A stretch of 64,000 nt of DNA, taken from positions 7,733-71,732 of the forward strand of contig CAIXPF010000139.1 in the NCBI GenBank assembly GCA_903921205.1, read 5' to 3'. Each line of letters starts with the position of its first letter. Position 1 is the first letter of the stretch. Below the pieces are notes generated by a model. That model saw only the letters and a program-made list of their open reading frames with translations. It ran no database searches and was not told where the DNA came from. Shown piece by piece: positions 46,415-60,029 of the stretch. This DNA comes from an uncultured Acidimicrobiia bacterium (lineage in GTDB: Bacteria > Actinomycetota > Acidimicrobiia > Acidimicrobiales > CAIXPF01). Both the position numbers and the translations under genes were made by a program.

Positions 46415-48550
46415 TCAGGCAGCGCGGCGTTGGCGGCGGCCCAGCAGCAGGTCGGGGACCAACTCCGCCGGCAGGGGCTCGGAGAACAGGTAGCCCTGGC
46501 CGAACCCACCGGCCACCCGGCGGATCTCCGCCAGTTGCGCCTCGGTCTCGATGCCTTCGGCAATGGTGGTCAGGCCCATCGAGCCCGCCAGGCTGGCGAT
46601 GGCGCCGACCACGTCGGCGGCCTGAGGGTCCTCACCGAGGTCACGGACGAACTCGCGATCGATCTTGACCAGGTCGACCGGCAGACGACGCAGGCGGGCG
46701 AGGCTCGAGTAGCCGGTCCCGAAGTCGTCGATGGCCAGACGCACGCCGAGGCGGCGGATGGCGTCGAGCCGTTCCATGGTGGTGGTCTCACGGCGCAACA
46801 GCGTCGACTCGGTGAGCTCGACGTAGAGGGCGCTGGCCGGCAGGTCGGCGTGGCCGAGCGCAGCGGCCAACTGCCGGGCCATGGCCTGCTCGTCCAGTTC
46901 GTCCATCGACATGTTCACCGACACGTACAGCCGCTCGTAGCCCGGCAGCCGTCGCCAGGCGGCCAGCTCGTGCAGGGCTCGTCGCAGCACGTTCTTGCCC
47001 AGCATCGCCACGAGGCCGTTGGCCTCGGCGGTGGGGATGAACACCGTGGGGCTGATCCGGCCGAGCTCGGGGTCGGTCCATCGCACCAGGGCCTCGAACC
47101 CGACGATCCGGTCCGCGGCAAGATCCACGATCGGTTGGTAGTGCACGTCGAGCAGGTCGTCATGGACGGCACGCTGTAGGGCCCGGGTCATCCGCATGCG
47201 GTGTCGCTCGGTCGCCAGCAGGGTGTCGGAGGCCAACACCGCCTGGTTCTTGCCCTGCCGTTTGGCCTGGTAGAGGGCGAGGTCGGCGCGGCGCAGCAGC
47301 TCGGAGGCGTTGGCCGCGACCACGTCGTCGGCAGCCAGCCAGGCCACCCCGGCACTGGCCGTGCAGTAGATCTCCTGCCCGTCGACCTCGAGCCGGTCGG
47401 CGAGGCGGCTGAGCACCAGGCCGGCCATGCCGAGCGCGGCCTCCGCCGAGGCCACATGGGGCAGCACGACCACGAACTCGTCGCCGCCGAAGCGGGCAAC
47501 GGCACCGTCGGTCCCGGTGCAGCCATAGATACGGTCGGCCATCGCGGTCAGGACCCGGTCGCCCACCAGGTGGCCGAGGGCGTCGTTGACGTCCTTGAAG
47601 TCGTCGAGGTCGATGAACAGCACCGCCGGCCGGGCGGCCCGGTGCATCGCGGTGTCGAGGTGGGCCCGCAGCGCGTCCTCCACCATGGACCGGTTGAGCA
47701 GACCGGTGAGCACGTCGTGGTGGGACTGGTAGGTGAGGGCCTCGGCGAGCTCGCGTTGCTCGGTGACGTCCTCGATGCTGGCCACGAACCCGACATCGTC
47801 GCCGGTGCCGACCGGCGCCACCCGCAGGTGGACCCACCGGTGCCGACCGTCGGGCAGCACGACGCGTACCGGCACGAACGCCGGACGGCGCCGGTTGAGG
47901 ACCTCGTCGACGGCGCCGGCGGCGTGGTCGGCGTCGTCGGGATGGATGAACTGCAGCCAGCCCATGCCCATCAGCGATTCCGGCCCGACGGAGAACACCT
48001 CGGCGGCGGCGGCGTTGACGAAGTCGGCGCGCACGCCGCCGTCGGACCCGATGATGCCCATCGGCAGGTGCTCGAGCAGGGTGGTCAGGCGTTGTTCGTG
48101 CCGACGGAGCCGGTCGAGTTGGCGCACCATCTCGCCGACCGGCCGGATCGTGGCGACGATGCAGGCGCGGCCGACCTCCCGGGGGGCGATCATCCGAAGG
48201 ACCACGGAGCAGGCCATCGGGCCGCCCCGCCCAGGCACGCAGGAGGCGGTGAACTCGACCTCGCCGCCGCTCCTGCCCCCGCCCCCGTCGTCCTCGGCCA
48301 AGGCGAAGGCCCGGGCGACGACCTCGGGCAGCTGGGCCCGTCCCCGCTCGTCGAACAGGTCCCGCAGGTGCGCCCGCGGACCGTCCGGCGGGGTGCCGAA
48401 GAGGCTGTCGAAGGTGGCGTTGTGTTGCAGGACGCGGCCGGCGAGGTCGCATACCACCAGGGCCATCGGCAGGTTCTCGACCAGCTCCGCCGAGCTCGGG
48501 CCGCGGCTCTCACCGAGCGAGCTGAGCTGCTCCAGCGTCGGTTCGTTCAT
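46415..48550 (-). CDS. PAS-PAS-GGDEF-EAL c-di-GMP signalling protein
   Basis: GGDEF site RFGGDEFVVVL, with LTGLLNR upstream. EAL motifs EALVRW, DDFGTGYSSL and QGYLFSEP. Two PAS-like N-terminal modules. Confidence 0.9.
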   Translation of the reverse strand: MNEPTLEQLSSLGESRGPSSAELVENLPMALVVCDLAGRVLQHNATFDSLFGTPPDGPRAHLRDLFDERGRAQLPEVVARAFALAEDDGGGGRSGGEVEFTASCVPGRGGPMACSVVLRMIAPREVGRACIVATIRPVGEMVRQLDRLRRHEQRLTTLLEHLPMGIIGSDGGVRADFVNAAAAEVFSVGPESLMGMGWLQFIHPDDADHAAGAVDEVLNRRRPAFVPVRVVLPDGRHRWVHLRVAPVGTGDDVGFVASIEDVTEQRELAEALTYQSHHDVLTGLLNRSMVEDALRAHLDTAMHRAARPAVLFIDLDDFKDVNDALGHLVGDRVLTAMADRIYGCTGTDGAVARFGGDEFVVVLPHVASAEAALGMAGLVLSRLADRLEVDGQEIYCTASAGVAWLAADDVVAANASELLRRADLALYQAKRQGKNQAVLASDTLLATERHRMRMTRALQRAVHDDLLDVHYQPIVDLAADRIVGFEALVRWTDPELGRISPTVFIPTAEANGLVAMLGKNVLRRALHELAAWRRLPGYERLYVSVNMSMDELDEQAMARQLAAALGHADLPASALYVELTESTLLRRETTTMERLDAIRRLGVRLAIDDFGTGYSSLARLRRLPVDLVKIDREFVRDLGEDPQAADVVGAIASLAGSMGLTTIAEGIETEAQLAEIRRVAGGFGQGYLFSEPLPAELVPDLLLGRRQRRAA

Positions 48551-48572
48551 GTGGGGGGCCGGTCGTTCATGG

Positions 48573-49505
48573 TCACAGGCTCAACACCGCCGCCAGGCCG
48601 GTGCTCTCGTTGCGGATGCGTCGGACGATGACATCGAGACGGTCGTGGTCGAGGTCGAGCAGCCCGACACCGGCTTCGGTGTCCACCGGCTCGCCCCAGG
48701 CGCCCACGGCCAGTGCGGTCAGTGCCTCGGCCGCCATCAACAGCCGGACCGAGTCACCGGCGGCAGGGTCGAGGGGGCAGTGGTGGGCACCGACGGCGTC
48801 GACGATCGATGCCGGCAGCTTCCAGGCGCCGAGCACCCGGGCGGCGGCGGCGGCGTGAGTCATACCGAAACGGGCTCGCTCCAGGACGAGGCGGTCGACG
48901 ATGTGGTGTCCGCTCGATGCCGCCAGTGCGGCGACCGCTTCGTGGCGTTCCTGTTCCAGGCGTCGGTCGATGGCGATGGAGCCCGCTGGGTCGGCGATGT
49001 GGAAGATGCCCCGTCCCAGGTCGTGCAACAGGCCGATGGCGAAGGCCTCGCCGGGGTCGATGCCGAACCGCCACGCAACCAACTGTGCTGCGGTGGCCGT
49101 GGCGGCGGCGTGGGACCAGAACCCGGTGGGCACGGACCCGTTGAGCCCGCAGGCCACCACCGCTGCAACGGTCCGTACCGTCGAGAAGCCCAGCCACACG
49201 ACGGCACGGTCGACCGAGGCGATGGGCTGCCGGCTGCCGGCGTAGGCGGAGTTGGCCAGGTGCAGCACCCGGGCGACGAGTGCAGGATCACTCTCGACGC
49301 CGCTGACCAGGTCAGCCAGGGGCGTGTCGGGATCGTCGGCCAGCCACATCACCCGCAGCGCGGCGTTGCCCTGGGCCGGCAGACGCTCCATGGCGTCGAG
49401 GAGTTGCTCGACGAGGAGGGCCGGACTTTCCGACATCGAGGTGGTCCCGCGCATGGACCCTTCAACGGCCGTTGGCGGGTCGAACTGAAGCTCCGGCTGC
49501 GTCAC
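48573..49505 (-). CDS. HDOD domain protein
   Basis: LPAQGNAALRVMWL...DPALVARVLHLANSAYAG...AVVWLGFSTVR...GLLHDLGRG. 22 nt upstream of the GGDEF-EAL gene. Start uncertain: GTG 49505, ATG 49454 or ATG 49436. Confidence 0.8.
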   Translation of the reverse strand: MTQPELQFDPPTAVEGSMRGTTSMSESPALLVEQLLDAMERLPAQGNAALRVMWLADDPDTPLADLVSGVESDPALVARVLHLANSAYAGSRQPIASVDRAVVWLGFSTVRTVAAVVACGLNGSVPTGFWSHAAATATAAQLVAWRFGIDPGEAFAIGLLHDLGRGIFHIADPAGSIAIDRRLEQERHEAVAALAASSGHHIVDRLVLERARFGMTHAAAAARVLGAWKLPASIVDAVGAHHCPLDPAAGDSVRLLMAAEALTALAVGAWGEPVDTEAGVGLLDLDHDRLDVIVRRIRNESTGLAAVLSL

Positions 49506-49535
49506 CGCCCGTCGGCGACGCAGCCGGAGTCGTCG

Positions 49536-50624
49536 TCAGAACACCACGACCGAGCGCAGCACCTCGCCGCGTTCCATCTTGTGGAAGGCCTCTTCGACGC
49601 CCTCGAGCGGGATGGTCTCGGACACGAAGCGCTCGAGGTCGAAGCGACCCTGGAGGTACTGCTCCACCAGCATGGGGAAGTCGCGGCTGGGCAGGCAGTC
49701 GCCGTACCACGAGGGCTTGAGGGCGCCGCCCCGGCCGAAGAACTCGATCATCGGGATCTCCGGCATGACCATCTGCGGGTTGGGCACCCCGACCTGGACC
49801 ACGGTGCCGGCGAGGTCGCGGGCGAAGAAGCACTGTTCGAGGACCTTGGGATTGCCGACCGCTTCGATGCAGACGTCGGCACCGAGCCCGTCGGTGTGGC
49901 GGCGCACGGCCTCGACGGCGTCCTCCCGGCTGCCGTTGACGGTGTGGGTGGCCCCGAACTCCGTCGCCCAGCCGAGCTTCCGGTCGTCGAGGTCGACGGC
50001 GATGATGGTGCGTGCCCCGGCCATCTTGGCCCCGGCGATGGCGGCGTTGCCCACGCCGCCGCACCCGAACACGGCCACCGTGTCGCCCCGGGACACCCCG
50101 CCGGTGAGGACCGCGGCGCCCCAACCGGCCATGACGCCGCAGCCGAGCAGCCCGGCGGCCTCCGGCTTGGCCGCCGGGTTCACCTTGGTGCACTGACCGG
50201 CGGCCACCAACGTCTTCTCGGCGAACGCCCCGATGCCGAGCGCGGGGCTGAGCACGGTGCCGTCCTCGAGGGTCATCTTCTGGGTGGCGTTGAAGGTCGA
50301 GAAGCAGATCTGCGGCTTGCCCTTGCGGCAGGACCGGCAGGTGCCGCACACGGCACGCCAGTTCAACACCACGAAATCGCCGACCTCGACCTCGCGCACG
50401 CCCTCGCCGATGGACTCCACGATGCCGGCGGCCTCGTGGCCGAGCAGGAACGGGAAGTCGTCGTTGATGCCGCCCTCGCGGTAGTGCAGGTCGGTGTGGC
50501 AGACCCCACAGGCCTGGACACGGACAACCGCTTCGCCCGGGCCGGGATCGGGGATGACGATGGTCTCGATCGAGACCGGCTGACCCTTGGCGCGAGCGAC
50601 GATTCCACGAACCTTCTGTGACAT
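49536..50624 (-). CDS. class III zinc alcohol dehydrogenase (S-(hydroxymethyl)mycothiol/glutathione dehydrogenase-like)
   Basis: [23 protein letters not shown], and Rossmann [16 protein letters not shown]. Start at ATG 50622-50624 (MSQKVRG). Confidence 0.9.
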   Translation of the reverse strand: MSQKVRGIVARAKGQPVSIETIVIPDPGPGEAVVRVQACGVCHTDLHYREGGINDDFPFLLGHEAAGIVESIGEGVREVEVGDFVVLNWRAVCGTCRSCRKGKPQICFSTFNATQKMTLEDGTVLSPALGIGAFAEKTLVAAGQCTKVNPAAKPEAAGLLGCGVMAGWGAAVLTGGVSRGDTVAVFGCGGVGNAAIAGAKMAGARTIIAVDLDDRKLGWATEFGATHTVNGSREDAVEAVRRHTDGLGADVCIEAVGNPKVLEQCFFARDLAGTVVQVGVPNPQMVMPEIPMIEFFGRGGALKPSWYGDCLPSRDFPMLVEQYLQGRFDLERFVSETIPLEGVEEAFHKMERGEVLRSVVVF

Positions 50625-50681
50625 GGCCGTCAAGTTAGTCGTGCTCGCGGTGGGTGTTCCCGACGCCATTAGCTTGGGCTC

Positions 50682-52760
50682 GTGACCGTCCCCGAACCGC
50701 CCATCGCCAAAGTCCGACCCGTCGCCACGACGGTGTGGGGCGATACCCGCGTCGATCCCTACAGCTGGATGCGGGACCGCGAGGGCGACCCGGATGTGCT
50801 CGCCTACCTCGAGGCGGAGAACGCCTACACCGCCGCCGCCATGGCCCATACCGAGCCGTTGCAGGAGCAGTTGTTCGAGGAGATCCGCGCCCGCATCCAG
50901 GAGACCGACCTGTCCGTCCCGGTCCGCAAGGGCGGGTGGTGGTACTACTCACGCACGGAGGAGGGCAAGCAGTACGGCATCAGCTGTCGCCGCGCCGCTG
51001 CGGCCGACGGCAGCTACGACGAGTCGGTCCCCGAGCAGGTGGTGCTCGACGAGAACGTCGAGGCCCACGGCCACGAGTTCCATGCCACCGGGGTGTTCGA
51101 CGTCAGCCCCGACCACCGGCTGCTGGCGCACGGGGCCGACACCACCGGCGGCGAGCTCTACCAGTTGCGGTTCCGGCGGATAGAGGACGGCTCCGACCTC
51201 GACGAGGTCATCGACGGCGTGTACTACGGCTCCGCCTGGTCGGCGGACAACCGCTACTTCTTCTACACCCGCCCCGACGACGCGATGCGGCCGTGGCAGG
51301 TGTGGCGCCACGAGCTGGACACCGACCCCGCCACCGACGTGAAGGTGTTCGAGGAGCCCGACGAGCGCTTCTACTGCGGGGTCGAGCTCGGCCGCGACGA
51401 GCGCTACCTGTTCATCCACAGCGGTTCCAAGGTCACCGACGAGGTGTGGTTCCTCGAGGCCGACGACCCCACGGGCGAGTTCCGCGTGGTCGAGCCCCGC
51501 CAACAGGGCCTCGAGTACGGGGTGTCGCACTCCCACGACCGGTTCCTGGTGCTCACCAACGCCGACGGGGCCGAGAACTTCAAGCTGTGCGAGGTGGCCG
51601 TCGCCACGCCCGGCATGCAGAACTGGACCGAGGTCATCCCCCATCGCCCGGCGGTGAAGCTGGCCGGCATCACCACGTTCGCCGATCACCTGGTCATCTA
51701 CGAGCGGGTCGACGCGACGTCGCAGATCCGGGTGCGCCGGCTCTCCGACGGGGCCGAGCACACCATCGAACAGCCCGAGCTGGTCGGCACCGCCGGCGGT
51801 GGCGCCAACCCCGAGTTCGACACCACCGTCTTCCGGTACCGCTACGAGTCGATGCGCACGCCCTCGACGGTGTTCAGCTACGACCTCGACACCCGGGAAC
51901 GCACGGTGCTCAAGCAGCAGCCGGTGCTCGGCGACTTCGACCCCGACCGGTATGTCACCGAACGACTGTGGGCCACCGCGACCGACGGCACCGCAGTACC
52001 GATGACGGTGGTCTACCGGCACGGTTTCGAGCGCAACGGTGCCGCACCGACCCTGCTCTACGGCTACGGCTCCTACGAGGCGAGCATCGACCCCTACTTC
52101 TCGTCGATCCGCCTGTCGCTGCTCGACCGCGGCTTCTGCTTCGCCATCGCCCACATCCGCGGCGGCGGCGAGATGGGACGACCCTGGTACACCCAGGGCA
52201 AGTTCCTGGCCAAGCGCAACACCTTCGGCGACTTCATCGCGTGCGCCCGCCACCTCGTCGAGGGCGGCTGGACCTCGCCGGACCGTCTGGCCATCCGGGG
52301 TGGTTCCGCCGGTGGGCTGCTCATGGGGGCGGTGGTGAACGAGGCACCGGACCTGTTCGGGGCGGTGGTCGCCGAGGTGCCCTTCGTCGATGCGCTCAGC
52401 ACCATCCTCGACCCGTCGCTGCCCCTGACCGTCATGGAATGGGAGGAGTGGGGCAACCCGACGGAGTCCGAGGAGTACTACCGCTACATGAAGTCCTACG
52501 CCCCCTACGAGAACGTCGAGGCGAAGGACTATCCGCCGATGCTGGTCACCGCCGGCCTCAACGATCCGCGGGTCAGCTACTGGGAGCCGGCCAAGTGGGT
52601 GGCCAAGCTGCGGGCGACCAAGACCGACACCAATCGCCTGCTCCTCAAGACCGAGATGGGCGCCGGCCACGGCGGACCGTCGGGTCGTTACAACGCCTGG
52701 CGGGACGAGGCGTTCGTGCTGGCCTTCCTGCTCGACACCCTGCCGGGGCCGACCTCCTGA
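50682..52760 (+). CDS. ptrB: S9A prolyl oligopeptidase family, oligopeptidase B-like
   Basis: N-terminal [10 protein letters not shown]...YLEAENAYT. Catalytic [10 protein letters not shown] nucleophile elbow. C-terminal GAGHGG. Confidence 0.9.
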   Translation: MTVPEPPIAKVRPVATTVWGDTRVDPYSWMRDREGDPDVLAYLEAENAYTAAAMAHTEPLQEQLFEEIRARIQETDLSVPVRKGGWWYYSRTEEGKQYGISCRRAAAADGSYDESVPEQVVLDENVEAHGHEFHATGVFDVSPDHRLLAHGADTTGGELYQLRFRRIEDGSDLDEVIDGVYYGSAWSADNRYFFYTRPDDAMRPWQVWRHELDTDPATDVKVFEEPDERFYCGVELGRDERYLFIHSGSKVTDEVWFLEADDPTGEFRVVEPRQQGLEYGVSHSHDRFLVLTNADGAENFKLCEVAVATPGMQNWTEVIPHRPAVKLAGITTFADHLVIYERVDATSQIRVRRLSDGAEHTIEQPELVGTAGGGANPEFDTTVFRYRYESMRTPSTVFSYDLDTRERTVLKQQPVLGDFDPDRYVTERLWATATDGTAVPMTVVYRHGFERNGAAPTLLYGYGSYEASIDPYFSSIRLSLLDRGFCFAIAHIRGGGEMGRPWYTQGKFLAKRNTFGDFIACARHLVEGGWTSPDRLAIRGGSAGGLLMGAVVNEAPDLFGAVVAEVPFVDALSTILDPSLPLTVMEWEEWGNPTESEEYYRYMKSYAPYENVEAKDYPPMLVTAGLNDPRVSYWEPAKWVAKLRATKTDTNRLLLKTEMGAGHGGPSGRYNAWRDEAFVLAFLLDTLPGPTS

Positions 52761-52787
52761 TCGTGCCGACCCGCTAGCGTCGGCGGC

Positions 52788-53498
52788 GTGAACCGCTTGT
52801 ATTTCCGCCAGGTGCTCGCCGGCCGTGACACGGCCCGTGGCGACGACGTCGCCCGTCAGATGGTCAACTTCCAGTACCTCATCGGCGACCGGGAGACCGG
52901 CGAGGCCGTGGTCGTGGACCCGGCCTACGACGTGGCGGGCCTGGTCGAGTTGGCGGAGGCGGACGGGATGCGCCTGTCGGGCATCCTCGTCACCCACTAC
53001 CACCCCGATCATGTCGGCGGCAGCTTCTTCGGCCACACCGTGGCCGGCGTTGCCGACCTGCTGGGCCTGGTGTCGGTGCCGGTCCACGTGCAGGACGCCG
53101 AGGGTGACGGGGTGCTCAAGGTGACCGGCATCTCCGAGAGCGACCTGGTCCGCCACCGCGGCGGCGACGTGGTCACCGTGGGGGAGATCCCCATCACCCT
53201 GGTACACACCCCCGGGCACACACCGGGCAGCCAGTGCTTCCTCTGCGACGGGCACCTGGTGGCCGGCGACACCCTGTTCCTGGAGGGCTGCGGCCGGGTC
53301 GATCTGCCCGGTAGCGACGCCGAGGCGCTGTACCACTCGATCCACCGGACCCTGGCCCAGGTGCCCGACGACGCCGTGCTCTACCCCGGCCACCTCTATG
53401 CGCCGGAGGCCTCCGCACCCATGGGCGAGGTCCGTCAGTCGAACTTCGTCTACCGCCTGCAGAGCCTCGATCAGTGGAAGATGTTCATGGGCGGCTGA
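52788..53498 (+). CDS. MBL-fold metallo-hydrolase (glyoxalase II-like)
   Basis: THYHPDHVGG metal-binding motif, plus HTPGHTPGS and the GDTLF block. Confidence 0.85.
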   Translation: MNRLYFRQVLAGRDTARGDDVARQMVNFQYLIGDRETGEAVVVDPAYDVAGLVELAEADGMRLSGILVTHYHPDHVGGSFFGHTVAGVADLLGLVSVPVHVQDAEGDGVLKVTGISESDLVRHRGGDVVTVGEIPITLVHTPGHTPGSQCFLCDGHLVAGDTLFLEGCGRVDLPGSDAEALYHSIHRTLAQVPDDAVLYPGHLYAPEASAPMGEVRQSNFVYRLQSLDQWKMFMGG

Positions 53499-53590
53499 GC
53501 GTCGGGGATCCCCTGGATGGGAATCCCGGGAATCGCTCAAGTTGATGATCCCGTGTGCCGATGATGTTCCCAGCACACGAGGGACGGTCC

Positions 53591-54442
53591 ATGGCACATC
53601 CACAGTTCCCCACCGTGAGGCGGGGCTACGAACCGAAGGCAGTCGAGGCTGCGCTGGACGATCTGCGTGATCAGATCTCCCAGGCAGAGGCCACGGCGGC
53701 CGCGTCGAGACAGTACGCAGCGGACCTGCTGGCCGAACTGCGACGGCTCGAGGCGCTCGAGTACGAGCTGACGACCTCGCTCGATCTGGCCCGCAAGGTG
53801 GCCGAGAACCTCGAGTCCGAGGCCCGCAGCCAGGCCGCGGCGATCCTGTCCCGGGCGGACATGGAGGCCGGGGGACGTCTGGCGGTGGCGGAACTCGAGG
53901 CGTCGGCCTGCACCACCGACGCCCGGAACGAGGCAGAGCGCCTGTTGGCCGAGGGCCGGGCCCGCCTCGAGGCCGAGGCGGCCGAGATGGAGCGCTACCG
54001 GATGGCCATCGTCGCCGAGGCGTCGATGCTCGCCCAGATCGAGCGGCGGCTCGGCCCGCAACTGAGCCGGGCGGCGGCCCGTCTGATCGAGGTCGTCGAC
54101 GCCCCCGACGGGCTCGGCCCGTTCTCGAAGGCCACGGCCTCGCTGGTGGAGGCGGCCCGGCTGCTCCAGCGTGCGGCCCATGCCGGCACGCTGGAGTCGG
54201 TGTCGGTCGAGGTCAGCGGTGGCAACGCCGTCCTGCGTATCGAGACCGCGGCGATCGACCTGCGTCAGGGGCCCCCGATGGTCCCGATCGGCCAGGAGCA
54301 CGGGACGCTGCCGGACCTGCCGGACCTGCCGGACCTGTCGGACCTGCCGGACAGCGGAGAAGTCCCCGGGACGGGTTCGGCCCAGCATCCGGCCGGCGAT
54401 CACGAGAAGGCGCGGAACATCTCCTCGATGGCCTTGAGCTGA
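53591..54442 (+). CDS. DivIVA-domain coiled-coil protein with a C-terminal LPD repeat
   Basis: FPTVRRGYEPKAVEAALDDL is the DivIVA N-terminal motif. Long Ala/Glu/Arg-rich coiled-coil. ATG 53591 preceded by GAGGGA. Confidence 0.75.
   Translation: MAHPQFPTVRRGYEPKAVEAALDDLRDQISQAEATAAASRQYAADLLAELRRLEALEYELTTSLDLARKVAENLESEARSQAAAILSRADMEAGGRLAVAELEASACTTDARNEAERLLAEGRARLEAEAAEMERYRMAIVAEASMLAQIERRLGPQLSRAAARLIEVVDAPDGLGPFSKATASLVEAARLLQRAAHAGTLESVSVEVSGGNAVLRIETAAIDLRQGPPMVPIGQEHGTLPDLPDLPDLSDLPDSGEVPGTGSAQHPAGDHEKARNISSMALS
54308..54352 (+). repeat. 9-bp tandem repeat (ctgccggac)x5, one copy with a single substitution
   Basis: Read directly. Encodes LPDLPDLPDLSDLPD in the DivIVA-domain protein. 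Confidence 0.9.
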
Positions 54443-55302
54443 CCGCCGCTGGTGGAGCTGGGAACGAGAATGGGGGTCACGCCGAGGTCGATCCAGGCCT
54501 CGGCGGCCTCGCGTACCTGGTTCACCGAGCCGTACACGGTGCAGCTCGACAGCCACTTGTCGGTCATGAACGAGGTGACCTTGTCCTTGTCGCCGGCGGC
54601 GAGAGCGGCCTCGATGCCGTTCATCTCCTCCTCGTAGCCCGCCTGCTTCCAGTAGTTGCGGTAGTTCGGCAGGGCGACGTAGCCGGTGAGGGTGGCCCGG
54701 TTGCGGTTGGCTGCGGCCTCACGGTCGTCGTCGATGACGGTGGGCAGCATGTTGCCCACGAAGAAGCCGGCGTCGCGGCGTTCCTGAGGGATGCGGGCCA
54801 CGGAACGGCCCATGTCGTTGTGTGACGAGTTGGCCCACACCGCACCGTCGGCGATCTCCACGGAGAGATCGACCATCTTGTCGCGCAGGGTGGCCAGCAC
54901 CAGCTGCGGCAGCGGGCCCGACTGCGGGATCGCGTCGTTCATGGCGGTCACGTAGTTGCGCATGTCGGTCAGCGGCTTGCCGACGTCGGCACCGAGGCGG
55001 CGCTGAACGGGGCCGTGGCTCACGCCGATGCCGAGACGGAAACGACCTTCGGCGATCTCGTTGATGTAGCTCGCCTGGTTGGCCAGCTGTACCGGGTGCT
55101 GCAGGTAGATGGGCTGTACGGAGGTGCCGAAGGGGATCGTCGAGGTGACGTGGGCGATCGACAGGCACAGGCCCATGGCGTCGCCGAGGCTGGGGCAGTA
55201 GATGCCGGTGAAGCCCCGGCGCTCGGCCTCGGCGGCGGCTTCGACGACGGGGCGGCGCCGACCGGGGACGGCGGCGAGGGAGATGGCAGGCATCGTGGTC
55301 AT
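54400..55302 (-). CDS. luciferase-like monooxygenase (LLM) class flavin/F420-dependent oxidoreductase
   Basis: FTGIYCPSLGD...GRFRLGIGVSHGP is the typical LLM pattern. ATG 55300-55302. The 3' end overlaps the convergent DivIVA-domain gene by 43 nt. Confidence 0.82.
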   Translation of the reverse strand: MTTMPAISLAAVPGRRRPVVEAAAEAERRGFTGIYCPSLGDAMGLCLSIAHVTSTIPFGTSVQPIYLQHPVQLANQASYINEIAEGRFRLGIGVSHGPVQRRLGADVGKPLTDMRNYVTAMNDAIPQSGPLPQLVLATLRDKMVDLSVEIADGAVWANSSHNDMGRSVARIPQERRDAGFFVGNMLPTVIDDDREAAANRNRATLTGYVALPNYRNYWKQAGYEEEMNGIEAALAAGDKDKVTSFMTDKWLSSCTVYGSVNQVREAAEAWIDLGVTPILVPSSTSGGQLKAIEEMFRAFS

Positions 55303-55420
55303 GGGCGCACGATAGATCCTGGTGGGGGCCACCGCGGCTGCCGGTGGGCCCTGCCACCGCCGGCGTGGGGTACGGCCGCGAACGCCGGTCGCCGCCGGGA
55401 CCATCACCAGGAACGAACAG

Positions 55421-57846
<2,426 letters not shown>

Positions 57847-57850
<4 letters not shown>

Positions 57851-59883
57851 GTCGCACTGCGAAGTCCTATGACGCCGATGCCATCCAGATGCTCGAGGGC
57901 CTCGAGGCCGTCCGCAAGCGGCCGGGCATGTACATCGGTGGGACCGGCTCCGACGGTCTGTCGCACCTGCTGTGGGAGCTGATCGACAACGCCATCGACG
58001 AGGCCGCCGCGGGGCACGCCGACGCGGTCACGGTCACCTTCCACGACGACGGCTCCTTCGAGGTGGCCGACAATGGCCGAGGCATCCCCATCGACCGGCA
58101 TGCCCGCAAGAAGGTGTCGGCGCTCGAGGTGGTCTTCACCGAGCTGCATGCCGGCGGCAAGTTCGGCGGGGGCGCGTACGCCGCGTCGGGTGGCCTGCAC
58201 GGCGTCGGAGCCTCGGTGGTCAATGCCCTCGCCCGCAAGCTGGTCGTCGAGGTCGACCGCAACGGCCAGACCCATCAGCTGACCTTCGTCGAGCGGGTCG
58301 CGGGCCGCTACGACGGCAACCGGTTCCGGCGCAACCACGATCTCGAGGTCGTCGGCAAGGTGCCGGAGAGTCGAACCGGCACGCGGGTGCGGTTCTGGCC
58401 CGACACCGACATTTTCGACGCCGATGCGGTCATCTCCTATGTCGACGTCCGTGACCGGGTGGCACAGATGTGCTTCCTGGTACCGAAGCTCGAGGTCGTC
58501 CTGATCGACCGTCGCCCGGGGGGCACCGGCGAGCCGGAACGGTTCGTGTCCAATCGGGGCCTCGTCGACTATGTCGAACACCTCTCCGTCGGCGAGCCGC
58601 TGACCGAGGTGCTGACCATCACCGGCGACGGCTCCTACGAGGAGAACGTGCCGGTCGACGGCAAGATGGCCGTCGTGCAGCGGCCCTGCCAGGTCGAGCT
58701 CGCCCTGCGCTGGGTCAAGGGGTACGACACCAAGCTGGTCAGCTTCGTCAACACCATCCCGACCATCGACGGTGGCACCCACGTCGCCGGTCTGGAACGG
58801 GCGATGACGTTCGCGCTCAACGACAAGCTGTCCTTCGACGAGGCCAAGAAGCTCAAGAAGTTCAAGGACGAGGCCCGCGCCACCCGTGAGGACGTGCAGG
58901 AGGGGCTCGTCGCAGTCCTCAAGGTGACCGTCCCCGAGCCCCAGTTCCGCGGTCAGACCAAGCGGGAGCTGGGTACCCCGAAGGTGCAGTCGATCACCTA
59001 CGACGTGGTGAAGAACGGCATCGTCGACTGGGTCGCCTCCGGCAAGAAGAGTCACGTCAACGCGGTCCGCGACAAGTTGATCGCCGCCATCGAGGCCCGC
59101 CTGCTGTCCCGTCAGCAACGCGAGACCCTGCGCCGGGCGTCGGCGTTGGGTTCGACCGGGCTGCCCGACAAGCTCGCGGACTGCCGGTCCACCGACGTGG
59201 CCGAGACCGAACTGCTCATCGTCGAGGGCGATTCGGCGGCCGGGCCGACCAAGGGCGGCCGCAACAGCGAGTTCCAGGCGGTCCTGCCCATTCGGGGCAA
59301 GATCCTCAACGCCGGAAAGGCCACCCTCAAGCAGGTCCTCGAGAACGCCGAGGCCGAGGCGATCTTCACCGTCATGGGTGCCGGCTCGGGTGCGGCGTTC
59401 GACCCCGACGCCGCCCGCTACGGCCGGGTGGTGATCCTCGCCGACGCCGACGTCGACGGGGCCCACATCCGCTGCCTGCTGCTGACCCTGTTCTACGCCT
59501 ACATGCGACCCTTGCTGGCCCAGGGTCGGGTGTACGTCGCCATGCCGCCGCTGTTCACGATCAAGGAGACCGCCGGCGCGAAGGCGAAGCACTTCGCCTA
59601 CGACGATGCCGATCGCCTGCGGATCTGCGGGGAGCTGAGCGCAGCCGGTCGCAACTTCAAGGTCGGCCGGAACAAGGGTCTCGGCGAGATGGACGTCGAC
59701 GAACTGGCCCAGACCGCCCTCGATCCCGAGACCCGGGTGTTGCGCCGGGTGACCCTCGACGAGGCCGAGGCCGTTGCTGCGGCCAGTGCCTTCGACGTCC
59801 TGATGGGCCGCGACGTCGGGCCTCGGCGGGACTGGATCGTCGAGCGAGCGGCCTTCGTCGATCGCGAGATTCTCGACATCTGA
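57847..59883 (+). CDS. second type IIA topoisomerase, subunit B (ParE/GyrB-like)
   Basis: [54 protein letters not shown], Toprim EGDSAAGP and [12 protein letters not shown]. The GTG start overlaps the subunit A stop (GTGA). Confidence 0.9.
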
Positions 59884-60029
59884 CGTGTTGCCCTACACTG
59901 CGGTGCTGCGATTGGCCGCACCTCGATCTTCTTCCGCCCAGGCGGTAAAGTAGGCCTCGAGTTCGTGGTGGCAACACCCGATGATCAGTCGAAACTGCAC
60001 CCTGCCCTCCCACGAAGGATGAGCACCCG

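Noticed and set aside
47733-50621. 962-aa plus-strand ORF, with similar giants at 50949..53603(-), 9949..12135(+), 33404..34696(-), 35911..37362(-), 57679..59592(-), 44599..46164(-), 3875..5794(+), 31630..33156(-), 60498..62132(+) and 6205..7476(+)
   Set aside because: Each is antisense to a gene with strong family motifs (GGDEF-EAL/HDOD/ADH, PtrB/MBL, PBP, gyrB, gyrA, parE-like, TPP enzyme, tspO/CoA-transferase, recF, GrdB-like, dnaB). Each has low-complexity R/G/P/A/H-rich translations. They are stop-codon-poor antisense frames of a high-GC genome.
54308-54352. Possible CRISPR-like repeat array
   Set aside because: The units are 9 bp, contiguous with no spacers, and in frame inside a CDS. 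It is a coding microsatellite, not CRISPR. No CRISPR array or cas gene was seen anywhere in the window.
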